Below are positions 28,496 through 37,881 of a DNA stretch of 64,000 bases, piece after piece. Where the stretch lies: IMG/VR virus record IMGVR_UViG_3300024294_000597; one strand, given 5' to 3'. The notes below the pieces were generated by a model that saw only the letters and a program-made list of their open reading frames with translations, made no database searches and was not told the origin of the DNA. The position numbers were made by a program, and so were the translations under genes. Each line of letters starts with the position of its first letter. The stretch's first letter is position 1. This DNA comes from a virus.

Positions 28496-28735
28496 TTACG
28501 CCGCCTCTCCGAAAAGTTTGCTCATGTTTGAAAATACTACATTATAAGCATTTGCTTCATACTCATAATTATCCCAGAAGTTATCATCATCATTGCCTGA
28601 TGCACAATGCTCTTCCCAAACACGGTTCATTGCGTTCATTCCTTCTAGTGCATCGCCACGACCAAAACTTTCGATTGTCTTCCAAGCATCTTCAAAACTT
28701 GGTGTTGCTTCATAAAAACTAGGGATTCTAAACAT
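28496..28735 (-). CDS. Small acidic early protein
   Basis: 79 aa; GAGAGA RBS; own promoter. Confidence 0.7.
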   Translation of the reverse strand: MFRIPSFYEATPSFEDAWKTIESFGRGDALEGMNAMNRVWEEHCASGNDDDNFWDNYEYEANAYNVVFSNMSKLFGEAA

Positions 28736-28768
28736 ATTATTCTCTCTCTTTTGATTAACTATACTTAT

Positions 28769-28796
28769 AGTATACAGCGATTCGCTATTTTGTCAA
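28769..28796 (-). promoter_or_regulatory. sigma70 promoter with spacer GANTC
   Basis: TTGACA-N6-CGAATCG-N3-TATACT. Confidence 0.8.
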
Positions 28797-28800
28797 GTTT

Positions 28801-28989
28801 TTAGTCTAAATCACAAGACCAATGTTCGCCATTATATTCTGCCTTTAACGAACCCATGGGGTAATCGCTATGCTCAAATAAGATATAAGGAGAACTATAT
28901 ACTGGACAAATCTTTTGTGTCACTATGTTTACTTCATCTAGTGACAACCAACGTTCTCCGGGGATAGCTGAATTAAAAATACGAATCAT
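28801..28989 (-). CDS. Small early protein, paralogue of 28297-28494
   Basis: MIRIFNSA...PYILFEHSDYPMGSLKA...WSCDLD. Confidence 0.75.
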   Translation of the reverse strand: MIRIFNSAIPGERWLSLDEVNIVTQKICPVYSSPYILFEHSDYPMGSLKAEYNGEHWSCDLD

Positions 28990-29015
28990 TTGAACCTCTC
29001 TCTGATTACTTAATT

Positions 29016-29043
29016 AATATAGCACGATTCGTTAATTTGTCAA
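29016..29043 (-). promoter_or_regulatory. sigma70 promoter with spacer GANTC
   Basis: TTGACA-N6-CGAATCG-N3-TATATT. Confidence 0.8.
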
Positions 29044-29045
29044 GT

Positions 29046-29531
29046 TTAAACTAGACTTGTACGGGTATCGCCTTCAATTTTAAGGACGCATTCGCCTGTA
29101 CTAAGGTTATCGACATTACCAACAAACTTACCAATAAGATGTTCATATTCTGTTCCTTCCTGAAATCCACCAACTATATAGCCACGTTTCATATACCAAT
29201 CACCTTTGTCATTCTTACGAACAACATTATCAAGGTACAAAGTATCCCAACCTTTTGGGTCGTACTCTTTTTGTGATTGTACGTATTCTGATTCAAAGTT
29301 ATCTTCAACTTGATAACAATCAAAGAAGTTTTCTTCGTATGCTTCGTTTGAAGATGTAACTAAATCTATAACGGAAGAAGCCTCATCATAATTGCTGGCT
29401 TCAACAACATAGGTGCTACCACCTTTGTTCTTCCAATAAGAAGTAACACCATCCCAATCTGAATCATGGGCGGCATAGTTTTCACGGATAGCAGTTTCGA
29501 TAACAAATTTGTTCATAGCTTTCTCCTTCAT
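29046..29531 (-). CDS. Early hypothetical protein
   Basis: ENYAAH...YWKNKGGSTY; likely start MNKFV (AAGGAG RBS). Confidence 0.7.
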   Translation of the reverse strand: MKEKAMNKFVIETAIRENYAAHDSDWDGVTSYWKNKGGSTYVVEASNYDEASSVIDLVTSSNEAYEENFFDCYQVEDNFESEYVQSQKEYDPKGWDTLYLDNVVRKNDKGDWYMKRGYIVGGFQEGTEYEHLIGKFVGNVDNLSTGECVLKIEGDTRTSLV

Positions 29532-29540
29532 TATGTATAT

Positions 29541-29568
29541 AATATATCATGATTCGGAGATATGTCAA
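29541..29568 (-). promoter_or_regulatory. sigma70 promoter with spacer GANTC
   Basis: TTGACA-N6-CGAATCA-N3-TATATT. Confidence 0.8.
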
Positions 29569-30398
29569 GTTTTTAATAGATGTTTTACTACTTCTTTTTG
29601 AAAATTCAACCCAGGATGAGCGCCAGTTACGATGCCTGGTGTGTATCCATGCACTAAAGTATGATGAAATTTAGCTATATCTAGTATATCATTGCCTAAA
29701 TCTAGTGATAATTCAGAGTTTTCTAAGTATCTTTTATGTCTGATACTGAATAAAAGTGAAGGATTAACTATTGAATATTTAATTTTATGTTTGTCTAAAA
29801 ATTCTTTTATAATAGTTTCTTCTTTTGGTATATCTTCATGTACTATTTCATTCCATTTCTTATCTATAATTTCTAGCAATGATTTATCTAAATCTTTAGT
29901 CATGGCTTCTTTAGTAGATGCATTTATATTGATATATTGCTCACCATCATATACAGAAAATCTAGGATGATGAAAGCCGAATATGTATATATGTTCAGGT
30001 TTATGCCTTGAATGTTCAACCCAGTTTTCAATTAGTCGCCATACCATATCAGCGCCTGAACCAGCAACACCAAAGTTCTTTGTTTTAAAATCTATTTGCT
30101 TTTCTAGTATATGAGGCCATGTATGATGAAGTGGTAATCCAATTCCCATTGTATGACTACACCCAAAACACCATACCTCGTTAGGTTGGTTTTCTAAATG
30201 ATAGTCTTCATTAGACCTAAAACCATAATTGTTTAGACGTATTTCTAGTGTTAGCAGGTCATTCCAAGTGTAGTCTTCATCGATATTGAAATGCTTATGG
30301 TATTTTTCAGGAAGTTGTTGTAGATTATTTAATTCTGGTATATCAGCTTTCGATATTTCAGGACCTAGGTGGCGTCCCATTAACAACTGGTCGTGCAT
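29565..30398 (-). CDS. SGNH-like hypothetical protein
   Basis: NNYGFRS, FGCSHT.G, NFGVAGSG, HPG. Confidence 0.55.
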   Translation of the reverse strand: MHDQLLMGRHLGPEISKADIPELNNLQQLPEKYHKHFNIDEDYTWNDLLTLEIRLNNYGFRSNEDYHLENQPNEVWCFGCSHTMGIGLPLHHTWPHILEKQIDFKTKNFGVAGSGADMVWRLIENWVEHSRHKPEHIYIFGFHHPRFSVYDGEQYININASTKEAMTKDLDKSLLEIIDKKWNEIVHEDIPKEETIIKEFLDKHKIKYSIVNPSLLFSIRHKRYLENSELSLDLGNDILDIAKFHHTLVHGYTPGIVTGAHPGLNFQKEVVKHLLKT

Positions 30399-30973
30399 TA
30401 TGAATTGTTTGGGTTAAAAATATGTTTGAAGGCTTCGCTGTTCTTTGCTTCATTGACATTTTTTATTGAACCCATGTTGATTAGTACTGTATCTCTGTGA
30501 TATTCTCTAGTATTTTCATATGAATGAAAACTAGTGGTTGATGGAACAAACGACATTGCACGATTTTCTTTCCATTCTACTTGCCCAACAATTCTACTGA
30601 ACTCAGATGCGTCTTCATGAAATAGTGTTCCTTGATTGAATGCTCCAACATATAACACTGTAGACAATCTTTTCCATGGTGAATCGATATGATTTTTATA
30701 CTTAGCGAATGGTATTTGTCTGTTAGCCCATATGATATAATCATTTGGCGTCATTTCTCGGTCTGATGCATTCGGCACCTGCTCAAGTAATTTATTGCGT
30801 ATATTCTGTAATTCATTACCAAAGACATTTCTAACTTCATCTGCTTCTGGTAATGCCTGTAAGCCACCGTACATGTGTTGCATGTTTTCTTTAATTCTAT
30901 TATATAACTCTTGAGGTAAAAAGTTATCAATTATTACATAGGGGAACGGTTTCTCAAAATACTGAATATCCAT
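30398..30973 (-). CDS. 2OG-Fe(II) oxygenase-like
   Basis: PFPYVIIDNFL, HID, distal H (SFHSY) and R. Confidence 0.7.
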   Translation of the reverse strand: MDIQYFEKPFPYVIIDNFLPQELYNRIKENMQHMYGGLQALPEADEVRNVFGNELQNIRNKLLEQVPNASDREMTPNDYIIWANRQIPFAKYKNHIDSPWKRLSTVLYVGAFNQGTLFHEDASEFSRIVGQVEWKENRAMSFVPSTTSFHSYENTREYHRDTVLINMGSIKNVNEAKNSEAFKHIFNPNNS

Positions 30974-31381
30974 TTAATCTATCCTGACTGCCTTTGCGTT
31001 TATTTCTTGCTTACCACCGTAATCTCTAACTGCGGCTTTGATGGCATCTTCTGCCAATACGCTACAGTGAATTTTTACTGGAGGCAACGCCAGTTCTTCA
31101 ACTATTGTTGTGTTCTTAATTTCTTGTGCTTCATCTAATGTCATACCTTTTAGCATTGTTGTTACCATGCTTGAACTAGCAATAGCACTGCCGCATCCGT
31201 ATGTTTTAAATTTTGCATCTTCTATAATTCCTTCATCGTTTACTTTTATTTGTAAACGCATAACATCACCACATGCAGGCGCACCTACCATGCCTGTTCC
31301 AATGTCAGGGTCTTTTGGATCAAATTTGCCTACGTTACGTGGATTATTATAATGGTCTAACACTTTGTCTGAATAAGCCAT
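30974..31381 (-). CDS. iscU: Fe-S scaffold IscU
   Basis: YSDKVLDH..NPRNVG, APACGDVM, GCGSAIAS, LPPVKIHCS. Confidence 0.97.
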   Translation of the reverse strand: MAYSDKVLDHYNNPRNVGKFDPKDPDIGTGMVGAPACGDVMRLQIKVNDEGIIEDAKFKTYGCGSAIASSSMVTTMLKGMTLDEAQEIKNTTIVEELALPPVKIHCSVLAEDAIKAAVRDYGGKQEINAKAVRID

Positions 31382-31411
31382 AATATTTCCTGTATGATTA
31401 TATAATAGTAT

Positions 31412-31951
31412 TTATGTTGTTTTACTAATAATTTTATCTCGTAATGACTCGAAACTTTCACTGTTGACTGACAGTCTAAAAAGTATTCTTGCTGAGTCAC
31501 CATTAGTAACACCATGTTTTTTAGAAACATTTATTAATGCTTGTGTATAATGATGTGTTGTATCGCTTTCTTGAAAACGTATCGGTGCTGGGTTATCACC
31601 TATCATAATGTTTATTGAGCATTGCATACCGTAATCACTATGAAATGGCAAAACAAAATTCGGTACCATATGATAGTACTTGAATTTTGCATCTGTTATT
31701 TCGAATAAGTCACAAATTTCCATACCGTAATCAAACTCTTTAACATTTAAGTCTGCTACTTTGAAGCCTTCATCATCGTAGTCTTCTACACCGAATGAAT
31801 TCATAATCTTTTTGAAGTATTCTTTATCTTTGCGCCACTCTGCAAACCTAGGGTCTGTATATGTTTCAACTGTATGTTTATACTTTTCCCATCCAGCCCA
31901 TAGTTTATCCTTGTCAAAGTTATAGTTTATGTGATGTATATCATTTTGCAT
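31412..31951 (-). CDS. 2OG-Fe(II)/cupin oxygenase-like
   Basis: LPFHSD...KKHGV...R. Confidence 0.55.
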   Translation of the reverse strand: MQNDIHHINYNFDKDKLWAGWEKYKHTVETYTDPRFAEWRKDKEYFKKIMNSFGVEDYDDEGFKVADLNVKEFDYGMEICDLFEITDAKFKYYHMVPNFVLPFHSDYGMQCSINIMIGDNPAPIRFQESDTTHHYTQALINVSKKHGVTNGDSARILFRLSVNSESFESLRDKIISKTT

Positions 31952-31970
31952 TTTCTATCCTTTGCAAACT

Positions 31971-32046
31971 TGGCTCCCGAAGCTGGACTCGAACCAGCGA
32001 CATACGGATTAACAGTCCGTTGTTCTACCAACTGAACTATTCGGGA
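31971..32046 (-). tRNA. tRNA-Asn(GTT)
   Basis: TCCCGAATAGTTCAGTTGGTAGAAC...CTGTTAA...GGTTCGAGTCC...GGGAGCCA; CCA encoded. Confidence 0.95.
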
Positions 32047-32084
32047 ACAATGCTCCCCAATATTGGAGAGCATATTATGTATAT

Positions 32085-33575
32085 TTATTTAACTGTTGGT
32101 CTTAGCTTAGTCAATGCAATAAAGATTAAGCTAGATACAATTAAACCAGGAACTATCGGCTCAACAAAGTTGTATACACCCATATCATAAGTGATACCAG
32201 TGAATAGCTTTGATTCTTTGAAGTGTACGAATAGTACCCAAATGATACTCACCGAAGCACCACCGATAAAACTAGTAAGAGCATGACGACCATTAGATAG
32301 TCCTCTTGCCATACCAATAACGAGTGGAAGCATCGCCGCTCCTATAATACCAAAGTACAACGCAGTAGCACGTGCAATGATGGCCACTTGACCATTAAAT
32401 GCAATAGTCATCCAGACTGCTAATACAATAACTGCAATCATAGAAATATATGCTACTTTCAAACTTGGGTTTTTAGTTTTGATAATATCATTTGAAATAG
32501 TAGTTGATAACAAGTGCATCAAACTATTAAGTGTTGTAAATGCGGCCGCTAAAATTGTAACGAACAACGCACTACTTACCCAAGCAGGAAATCCTTCCTT
32601 AATCCAATAAGGGATTACATTTGCAGTCCCTCCACCAGATGCTTGTGATACAGTGATACCTTCAGTCGCAAACGTATATGAGTTAGCCGAAATTGCCGCT
32701 AACATAAATGTTACGATTGCTAGACCTGGGATAATAACACCCCACCTTGCAATAGTTTTAAAACTCTTTTCATCTTTAGCCATCATCCAACGTGTTTGTA
32801 GTTGAGGCAAAGTGATAAGTCCTACTGGAATAGTGAATACCAATAATGTAGTAATCATTAACCAGCCTCTAGACCAAAACTCTGGCCAGCTAGTAAACCC
32901 AGTAAATCCTAACTTATGCAAAGCATCACCTTCTGGAACTGCTGTCCAGGCTAGTGATAAGTTTTCCCAAAATCCAACTGCCTGCATATGACTAAACACT
33001 GTAATAGCAAGTACGATAAGTGAACCTAAAATAACAATGATACCTTGTACCATATCATTTTTTAGAACTGCACTCATTCCGCCATATGCGATTGTGCCAA
33101 ATACTAAAACACTAAATCCAACTACAGCAAGTGTGAAATCAACACCTGTAAATGCTGTAATAAATTTACCGACACCTATTAGCACCGCAACACAGTAAAA
33201 CGGAATTAATCCAACTGTGATGATTGCCAATAGTTTTGAAATCATTGGAGAGTTATAATGCTTACCAATCATTTCAATATAGGTTTTAGCTTTATGCTTT
33301 TTGTTTGCCTTATAAACTTTAGGACCGATATACACGGTCGCAAAATAAATTAAGCCTACAAATGGAATTGTCATTGTTAGTGGGACTGCAAATCCAATCC
33401 AACCAGCAAGGCCTCCGAATCCAATGATAGCAGACGTTGAAATTAACGTTGCACCATAAGACAGCCCTAGGTTCATATTACTATCTGATGTAGTTAGAAA
33501 GTAATTATCCCCTTTAGACCTGTAGGCTACATAACCTACTGCTACAATAAAAAGTAGCATTAATATTGTGTTCAT
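32085..33575 (-). CDS. Sodium:solute symporter family transporter
   Basis: About 13 TM; ATLISTSAIIGFGGLA, YGGMSAVLKNDMVQG, LAAAFTTLNSL. Confidence 0.85.
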   Translation of the reverse strand: MNTILMLLFIVAVGYVAYRSKGDNYFLTTSDSNMNLGLSYGATLISTSAIIGFGGLAGWIGFAVPLTMTIPFVGLIYFATVYIGPKVYKANKKHKAKTYIEMIGKHYNSPMISKLLAIITVGLIPFYCVAVLIGVGKFITAFTGVDFTLAVVGFSVLVFGTIAYGGMSAVLKNDMVQGIIVILGSLIVLAITVFSHMQAVGFWENLSLAWTAVPEGDALHKLGFTGFTSWPEFWSRGWLMITTLLVFTIPVGLITLPQLQTRWMMAKDEKSFKTIARWGVIIPGLAIVTFMLAAISANSYTFATEGITVSQASGGGTANVIPYWIKEGFPAWVSSALFVTILAAAFTTLNSLMHLLSTTISNDIIKTKNPSLKVAYISMIAVIVLAVWMTIAFNGQVAIIARATALYFGIIGAAMLPLVIGMARGLSNGRHALTSFIGGASVSIIWVLFVHFKESKLFTGITYDMGVYNFVEPIVPGLIVSSLIFIALTKLRPTVK

Positions 33576-33611
33576 AAATTGTCCTCCTAGACATTTATTG
33601 TCTTATTTTTC

Positions 33612-33702
33612 TGGCGGAGAGTGAGAGATTCGAACTCTCGGTGGACTATTCACCCACGCTGGTTTTCAAGACCAGTGCATTAAACCGCTCTGCCAACTCT
33701 CC
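33612..33702 (-). tRNA. tRNA-Ser(TGA)
   Basis: GGAGAGTTGGCAGAGCGG...CTTGAAA, long variable arm, GTTCGAATC, ...GCCA. Confidence 0.95.
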
Positions 33703-33735
33703 AGAACAACCGCATTTATTGTACGGTTAATCCCT

Positions 33736-33764
33736 ATTATACACTGAAAATTATACAGTGTCAA
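33736..33764 (-). promoter_or_regulatory. Consensus sigma70 promoter for tRNA-Ser/symporter
   Basis: TTGACA-N17-TATAAT. Confidence 0.8.
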
Positions 33765-33767
33765 TAC

Positions 33768-33950
33768 TTATTTCGTAATAGTTTTGTTATCGATTGGAAT
33801 GCAACTTATCGTTTGTCCTTTACCTGTAACTAGTATATGTGCTTTGCTGAGAGCATTACCGCACAGTTTTTCTTCACTGTAAGTACCTAAATGATAATAT
33901 TCCATATTACCTGCTGGTGTAACTGCTAACCATATTAGAATCCATATCAT
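33768..33950 (-). CDS. Small protein with hydrophobic N-terminus
   Basis: 60 aa, GGAG RBS, two Cys. Confidence 0.6.
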   Translation of the reverse strand: MIWILIWLAVTPAGNMEYYHLGTYSEEKLCGNALSKAHILVTGKGQTISCIPIDNKTITK

Positions 33951-33989
33951 AACACTGTCTCCTCTATGCTATGGGATAATCTATAGAAT

Positions 33990-34064
33990 TGGAGCGGGTG
34001 ATGAGATTCGAACTCACGACAACCTCGTTGGCAACGAGGTACTCTACCACTGAGTTACACCCGC
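33990..34064 (-). tRNA. tRNA-Gly(GCC)
   Basis: GCGGGTGTAACTCAGTGGTAGAGT-ACCTCG-TTGCCAA-CGAGG...GTTCGAATC...CTCCA. Confidence 0.95.
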
Positions 34065-34072
34065 CTTTTCTA

Positions 34073-34125
34073 TTGACTTCTAGTTATTTATCAAGTATAA
34101 TACACGTATATAAATAGATTGTCAA
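34073..34125. promoter_or_regulatory. Overlapping divergent promoters
   Basis: Plus: TTGACT(34073)-N17-TATAAT and TATAAATA(34109-34116). Minus: TTGACA(34125)-N17-TATTAT. Confidence 0.7.
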
Positions 34126-34126
34126 G

Positions 34127-34666
34127 ATGATTATTACAGAAGAACTAAAAGTAATAACACCTGAACTGAAAGATTTTCTAAAAGTATGCGATGAAAAAGA
34201 TTTCATGAACAACAATACATTAGAAAATATGAAGTTTGAATGGTGCTTAGAGCGAGGTGGCATGTGGTATGCTACCTATGACAATGGACGTATGGTTAGT
34301 GTCAGTGGAATACATCCATGGGCAAACGGTTGGCGTGCTTTATTCAGAGGTGTGCAGACTGAAAGCAAAAAGATAGGTTTGAACAGACACCATATGCAAA
34401 GCTATTGCTTTCATAGTCAGTTGCCATATCAGATTGAATATGCGTCAAGTAAAGAAACAGATTTAGATAATATGTTTATCTATATTACTACTAACACAGA
34501 GAATGATGCAAGTGGTAAGATGAATAGAATTGATAAAACATTCTTTCATTTAGAAAAGTTAGAGTTAGTTAAGAACTTAGGAACAAGTGAAGTTTTTGGT
34601 GTAAATCAAAACACGTGGATATTAAACATAAACAAATACAATGAAATTAGAAGACAGTATAACTAA
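34127..34666 (+). CDS. GNAT-like hypothetical protein
   Basis: Beta-strand pattern MWYATYDNGRMVSVSGIH; weak assignment. Confidence 0.45.
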   Translation: MIITEELKVITPELKDFLKVCDEKDFMNNNTLENMKFEWCLERGGMWYATYDNGRMVSVSGIHPWANGWRALFRGVQTESKKIGLNRHHMQSYCFHSQLPYQIEYASSKETDLDNMFIYITTNTENDASGKMNRIDKTFFHLEKLELVKNLGTSEVFGVNQNTWILNINKYNEIRRQYN

Positions 34667-35339
34667 AAACGAATTTGATGATATGCTTAAAGAAGGCTGT
34701 ATACTGCAAAGTAGCGGAACAACAGGCGTACCAAAGAATATATTTCAAAATCCTGATAAATTAAGACATGCAAATGCTGTTGCTAGAAAAATACAAGGTA
34801 TTGATAGTGATAGTAAAATACTTACTGTTTGTACATTACGGCATGCAGGTGGGCTATTAGCCCAAACATTGCCAGGATATGAAGTAGGGGCAGAAATCGA
34901 GGTAGAGAAATTTAACCCGTTCTCATGGGTCAGAAAGATACAAAACTTTTCTCATAGTCACCTGACGCCTGATATGGCAAGAGCAATAATGAAAACAAAA
35001 AGTTTTAATAGTCTTAATTTACAAGATAAGATTATCATGTGTGGCAGTGATAGAGTACATAGTTCTATTATAAAAGAATTTATTAACAAGGGAGCAATCT
35101 TTATTGTAAATTGGGGTATGACAGAAGTAGGACCAGTAGCAATTAACAAGACGTTTGTTCCTGGAATGGAAGTTCGTACTACTGAAACAATAATGGGCAA
35201 CGCCGCACAATGTGAAACTAAGATTGTAAATGATGAATTATATGTCAAGGGAGATATATGTGTATATGATGATTGGTTTGCTACTGGAGATTTAGTACAA
35301 AACAAGGAAGGTATGTTCTACTATGTTGGACGAAAGTAG
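34641..35339 (+). CDS. Minimal ANL-family adenylating enzyme
   Basis: SSGTTGVPK, WGMTE, ATGDL, YVGRK; lacks the C-terminal subdomain. Confidence 0.8.
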   Translation: MKLEDSITKNEFDDMLKEGCILQSSGTTGVPKNIFQNPDKLRHANAVARKIQGIDSDSKILTVCTLRHAGGLLAQTLPGYEVGAEIEVEKFNPFSWVRKIQNFSHSHLTPDMARAIMKTKSFNSLNLQDKIIMCGSDRVHSSIIKEFINKGAIFIVNWGMTEVGPVAINKTFVPGMEVRTTETIMGNAAQCETKIVNDELYVKGDICVYDDWFATGDLVQNKEGMFYYVGRK

Positions 35340-36090
35340 AATTATATTCATATCATTTGAACAGGGATGTGGTGGACATAAATTAGGGAGAGTATTGTCT
35401 TGCTTACCTGATGTATATTGGTATAGTCATAAAGATAACGGTACTAACCCATGGAATGTTTATTTTAAAAATTCAGATATACGACAACGGCATATAAGTC
35501 GCTATCATTTTGATAGACTAGTACCTAATGGTTCCTTGCCGCCAATACATGATTATGTAAAAGATTTTATACCAGATGAGGAACATTACTATACTAGGTT
35601 CTTTTACCCACGCTTCGAAAAGATGGGTGGCCATGCGATAATCAAAAAGAATAGAATTATTATATGCACACACGAATTGCCAGAGAAATTACTAAAAAGA
35701 TTTCCTAATGCAAAAGTATTAAATTTGATAGATGATGAATATACAACAGGCGAACGATACTTGCGAACAACTGCGGTGTTTCCTGGATTTCTTAAAATGA
35801 AATGGCTAGGTGGAGAAAATACAGAATATGGGAAAAAGCTAAGAACAATCGCCAAAGAGATAGGCTCTGATTTCACAATACGAGATATTTGGTCTTGGGA
35901 TAAATATAAATTGAAGTTCAATGATAAACATCACATTGAGTACTCTATGCATATACACGACATTATAAGAATGAATATGTGGAAAAGACGTTATCTACCC
36001 TCACGTTATATAAATTCATCAAACATATATGAAATAGATAAAAACTATGTAAACTATAAAGGTATAAAAAGGTTCTTGAATGATAGATGA
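35323..36090 (+). CDS. P-loop/sulfotransferase-like hypothetical protein
   Basis: ISFEQGCGGHKLGRVL N-terminal loop, CTHE, FPNAKVL. Confidence 0.45.
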   Translation: MLDESRIIFISFEQGCGGHKLGRVLSCLPDVYWYSHKDNGTNPWNVYFKNSDIRQRHISRYHFDRLVPNGSLPPIHDYVKDFIPDEEHYYTRFFYPRFEKMGGHAIIKKNRIIICTHELPEKLLKRFPNAKVLNLIDDEYTTGERYLRTTAVFPGFLKMKWLGGENTEYGKKLRTIAKEIGSDFTIRDIWSWDKYKLKFNDKHHIEYSMHIHDIIRMNMWKRRYLPSRYINSSNIYEIDKNYVNYKGIKRFLNDR

Positions 36091-36793
36091 AAGTAAACTT
36101 ATATTTTTTACAGGTGCTCCTGGAAGTAAATGGAGTGCAGTAAGTAATGTGTTGTCTATGACAAAAAAGATTAACATCAATACTACTGATAGAAATGAAG
36201 ATAGAGAATATACACATCCAACTAAATTTAATAAAGCACAACATCTAGGAAGTTACTTTGGCACGGGCATGGAGTTCGGTGAAGGTTGGCATGAGATTAA
36301 TAAGTTCTCAAAACAAGAAATATTAAATGAAATAGATAAAGCCTGGAAAGAAGAAAAAAGAACTGATTACAGAATTGTAAAATCACATATGATATCAAAC
36401 AACTTAGATTTTATTGCAGAGACATTTCCTAAGAGTAAGATTATAATAGTGTTCAGACCTATAGAAAGTTGTTATAAAGGTTGGTTTGGTGCAGGTGGGT
36501 TTGATATAACTTATCCAAAGTATCATGGTTACTATAAAGATGAACAAACTGCACGTGAATATATAAAAGAAGAAACTAAAGATGCAAGACAATGGATATT
36601 TAATAGAAACTTAACAATTCATACTGCAACCAGTAAGCATTGGAAAGATTATTGGGATATAACTGATAGTCAAAATAGATTTATAAAAAGTATAGAGGGT
36701 TATTTCTTTGAAAAGAAAGATCCTAGTAGAGATGTTTCGTTAGACACTCATATTGCTTATTATAATTTTGATAAAATAGATGAAAGATTATAA
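36080..36793 (+). CDS. Sulfotransferase-like P-loop protein, paralogue of 37863
   Basis: FTGAPGSKWS, IVKSH, FPKSKII..FR, GGFDITYP.Y. Confidence 0.55.
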   Translation: MIDESKLIFFTGAPGSKWSAVSNVLSMTKKININTTDRNEDREYTHPTKFNKAQHLGSYFGTGMEFGEGWHEINKFSKQEILNEIDKAWKEEKRTDYRIVKSHMISNNLDFIAETFPKSKIIIVFRPIESCYKGWFGAGGFDITYPKYHGYYKDEQTAREYIKEETKDARQWIFNRNLTIHTATSKHWKDYWDITDSQNRFIKSIEGYFFEKKDPSRDVSLDTHIAYYNFDKIDERL

Positions 36794-37881
36794 TGTTATT
36801 AAAATATGCAATCGTTGTACTTAGAAGTGGCGATGACCATTTTGATAAGATTGCTCTAAATTATACACAATTAAGTTTAGACTATCAAGAATGCAATAGA
36901 TTACCAACAGAAAACCAAGTTGATTATTATGTAATGGACAGTTACACATACTTGCATGATTACGATATTGTTATGGTTGTCAATGCTGGAACTATATTCT
37001 TATGGGGTGCATACGAACATCATTATAAAAAAATGATTGAAGCATCAAATCATGAATATATACATTTTAGTGATGACGTTTGGTTTCATAAGCCATTGGG
37101 CGACGGCACAACCCACATAGAAGCAAAGTTTATTCATAAGTTAAACACAGATAGTGCAGAAGAATTCTACAATAGCCATGATACTATTTTAACAAGTTTA
37201 ATTGATGATAGCAATATTACATATCTAATGCACAATGAAATACCAAACTACGGAGATATAACTAAACCAGTTGATTGGGCAATAACAGTAAGCAGTGGAT
37301 TTTTCATTAACTGTATATTAGACCATCATGGGTTTAATGAGAAGTCTGTAATACATCATGTCGATATCTCAAAGATAAGTCTTCATGTTCACAAGTATAC
37401 TATTGAAAATTGGGATGGAAATGATTTTGAATCATGGATAGAACATCTTAACAATAAATTTCCTAGCATGTCACTTTGGAATAGAAAGAAATTTACTAGT
37501 GAAGATAGAAAATGGAAAGTCGTATGGGAAGATGTACAGAATCATTTCGGAGACAAATGGCAAGAACACTGGAACAAATATAAAAGTTTAAATCATAAGT
37601 GGCATAGAATGAATATAAAAGATATTAGTTCTATTGATACTAATGGGCAAGGAATGATATGGTGGGACGGTGCATTAAAAAGAATACCAAGTAACCTACT
37701 AAAGACAAGTAAACAAAGTCATCAAAATGCAATAGATTTCTTATGGAGATTACCAGAAGATACGATATGCTATGGCAACGACCATTGCAATTTGCAATTT
37801 GATGGTGTAAGTTCTAAACTAGCACTTAAAAAAGTTCTATCACACAATAGCAGAGAGAAATTATGGACGGACAAGATTTAA
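36793..37881 (+). CDS. Hypothetical protein
   Basis: 362-aa ORF, translationally coupled on both sides. Confidence 0.7.
   Translation: MLLKYAIVVLRSGDDHFDKIALNYTQLSLDYQECNRLPTENQVDYYVMDSYTYLHDYDIVMVVNAGTIFLWGAYEHHYKKMIEASNHEYIHFSDDVWFHKPLGDGTTHIEAKFIHKLNTDSAEEFYNSHDTILTSLIDDSNITYLMHNEIPNYGDITKPVDWAITVSSGFFINCILDHHGFNEKSVIHHVDISKISLHVHKYTIENWDGNDFESWIEHLNNKFPSMSLWNRKKFTSEDRKWKVVWEDVQNHFGDKWQEHWNKYKSLNHKWHRMNIKDISSIDTNGQGMIWWDGALKRIPSNLLKTSKQSHQNAIDFLWRLPEDTICYGNDHCNLQFDGVSSKLALKKVLSHNSREKLWTDKI

Noticed and set aside
28741-29570. CRISPR-like repeats
   Set aside because: The repeats are degenerate promoters separated by whole genes; no regular spacers or cas genes.
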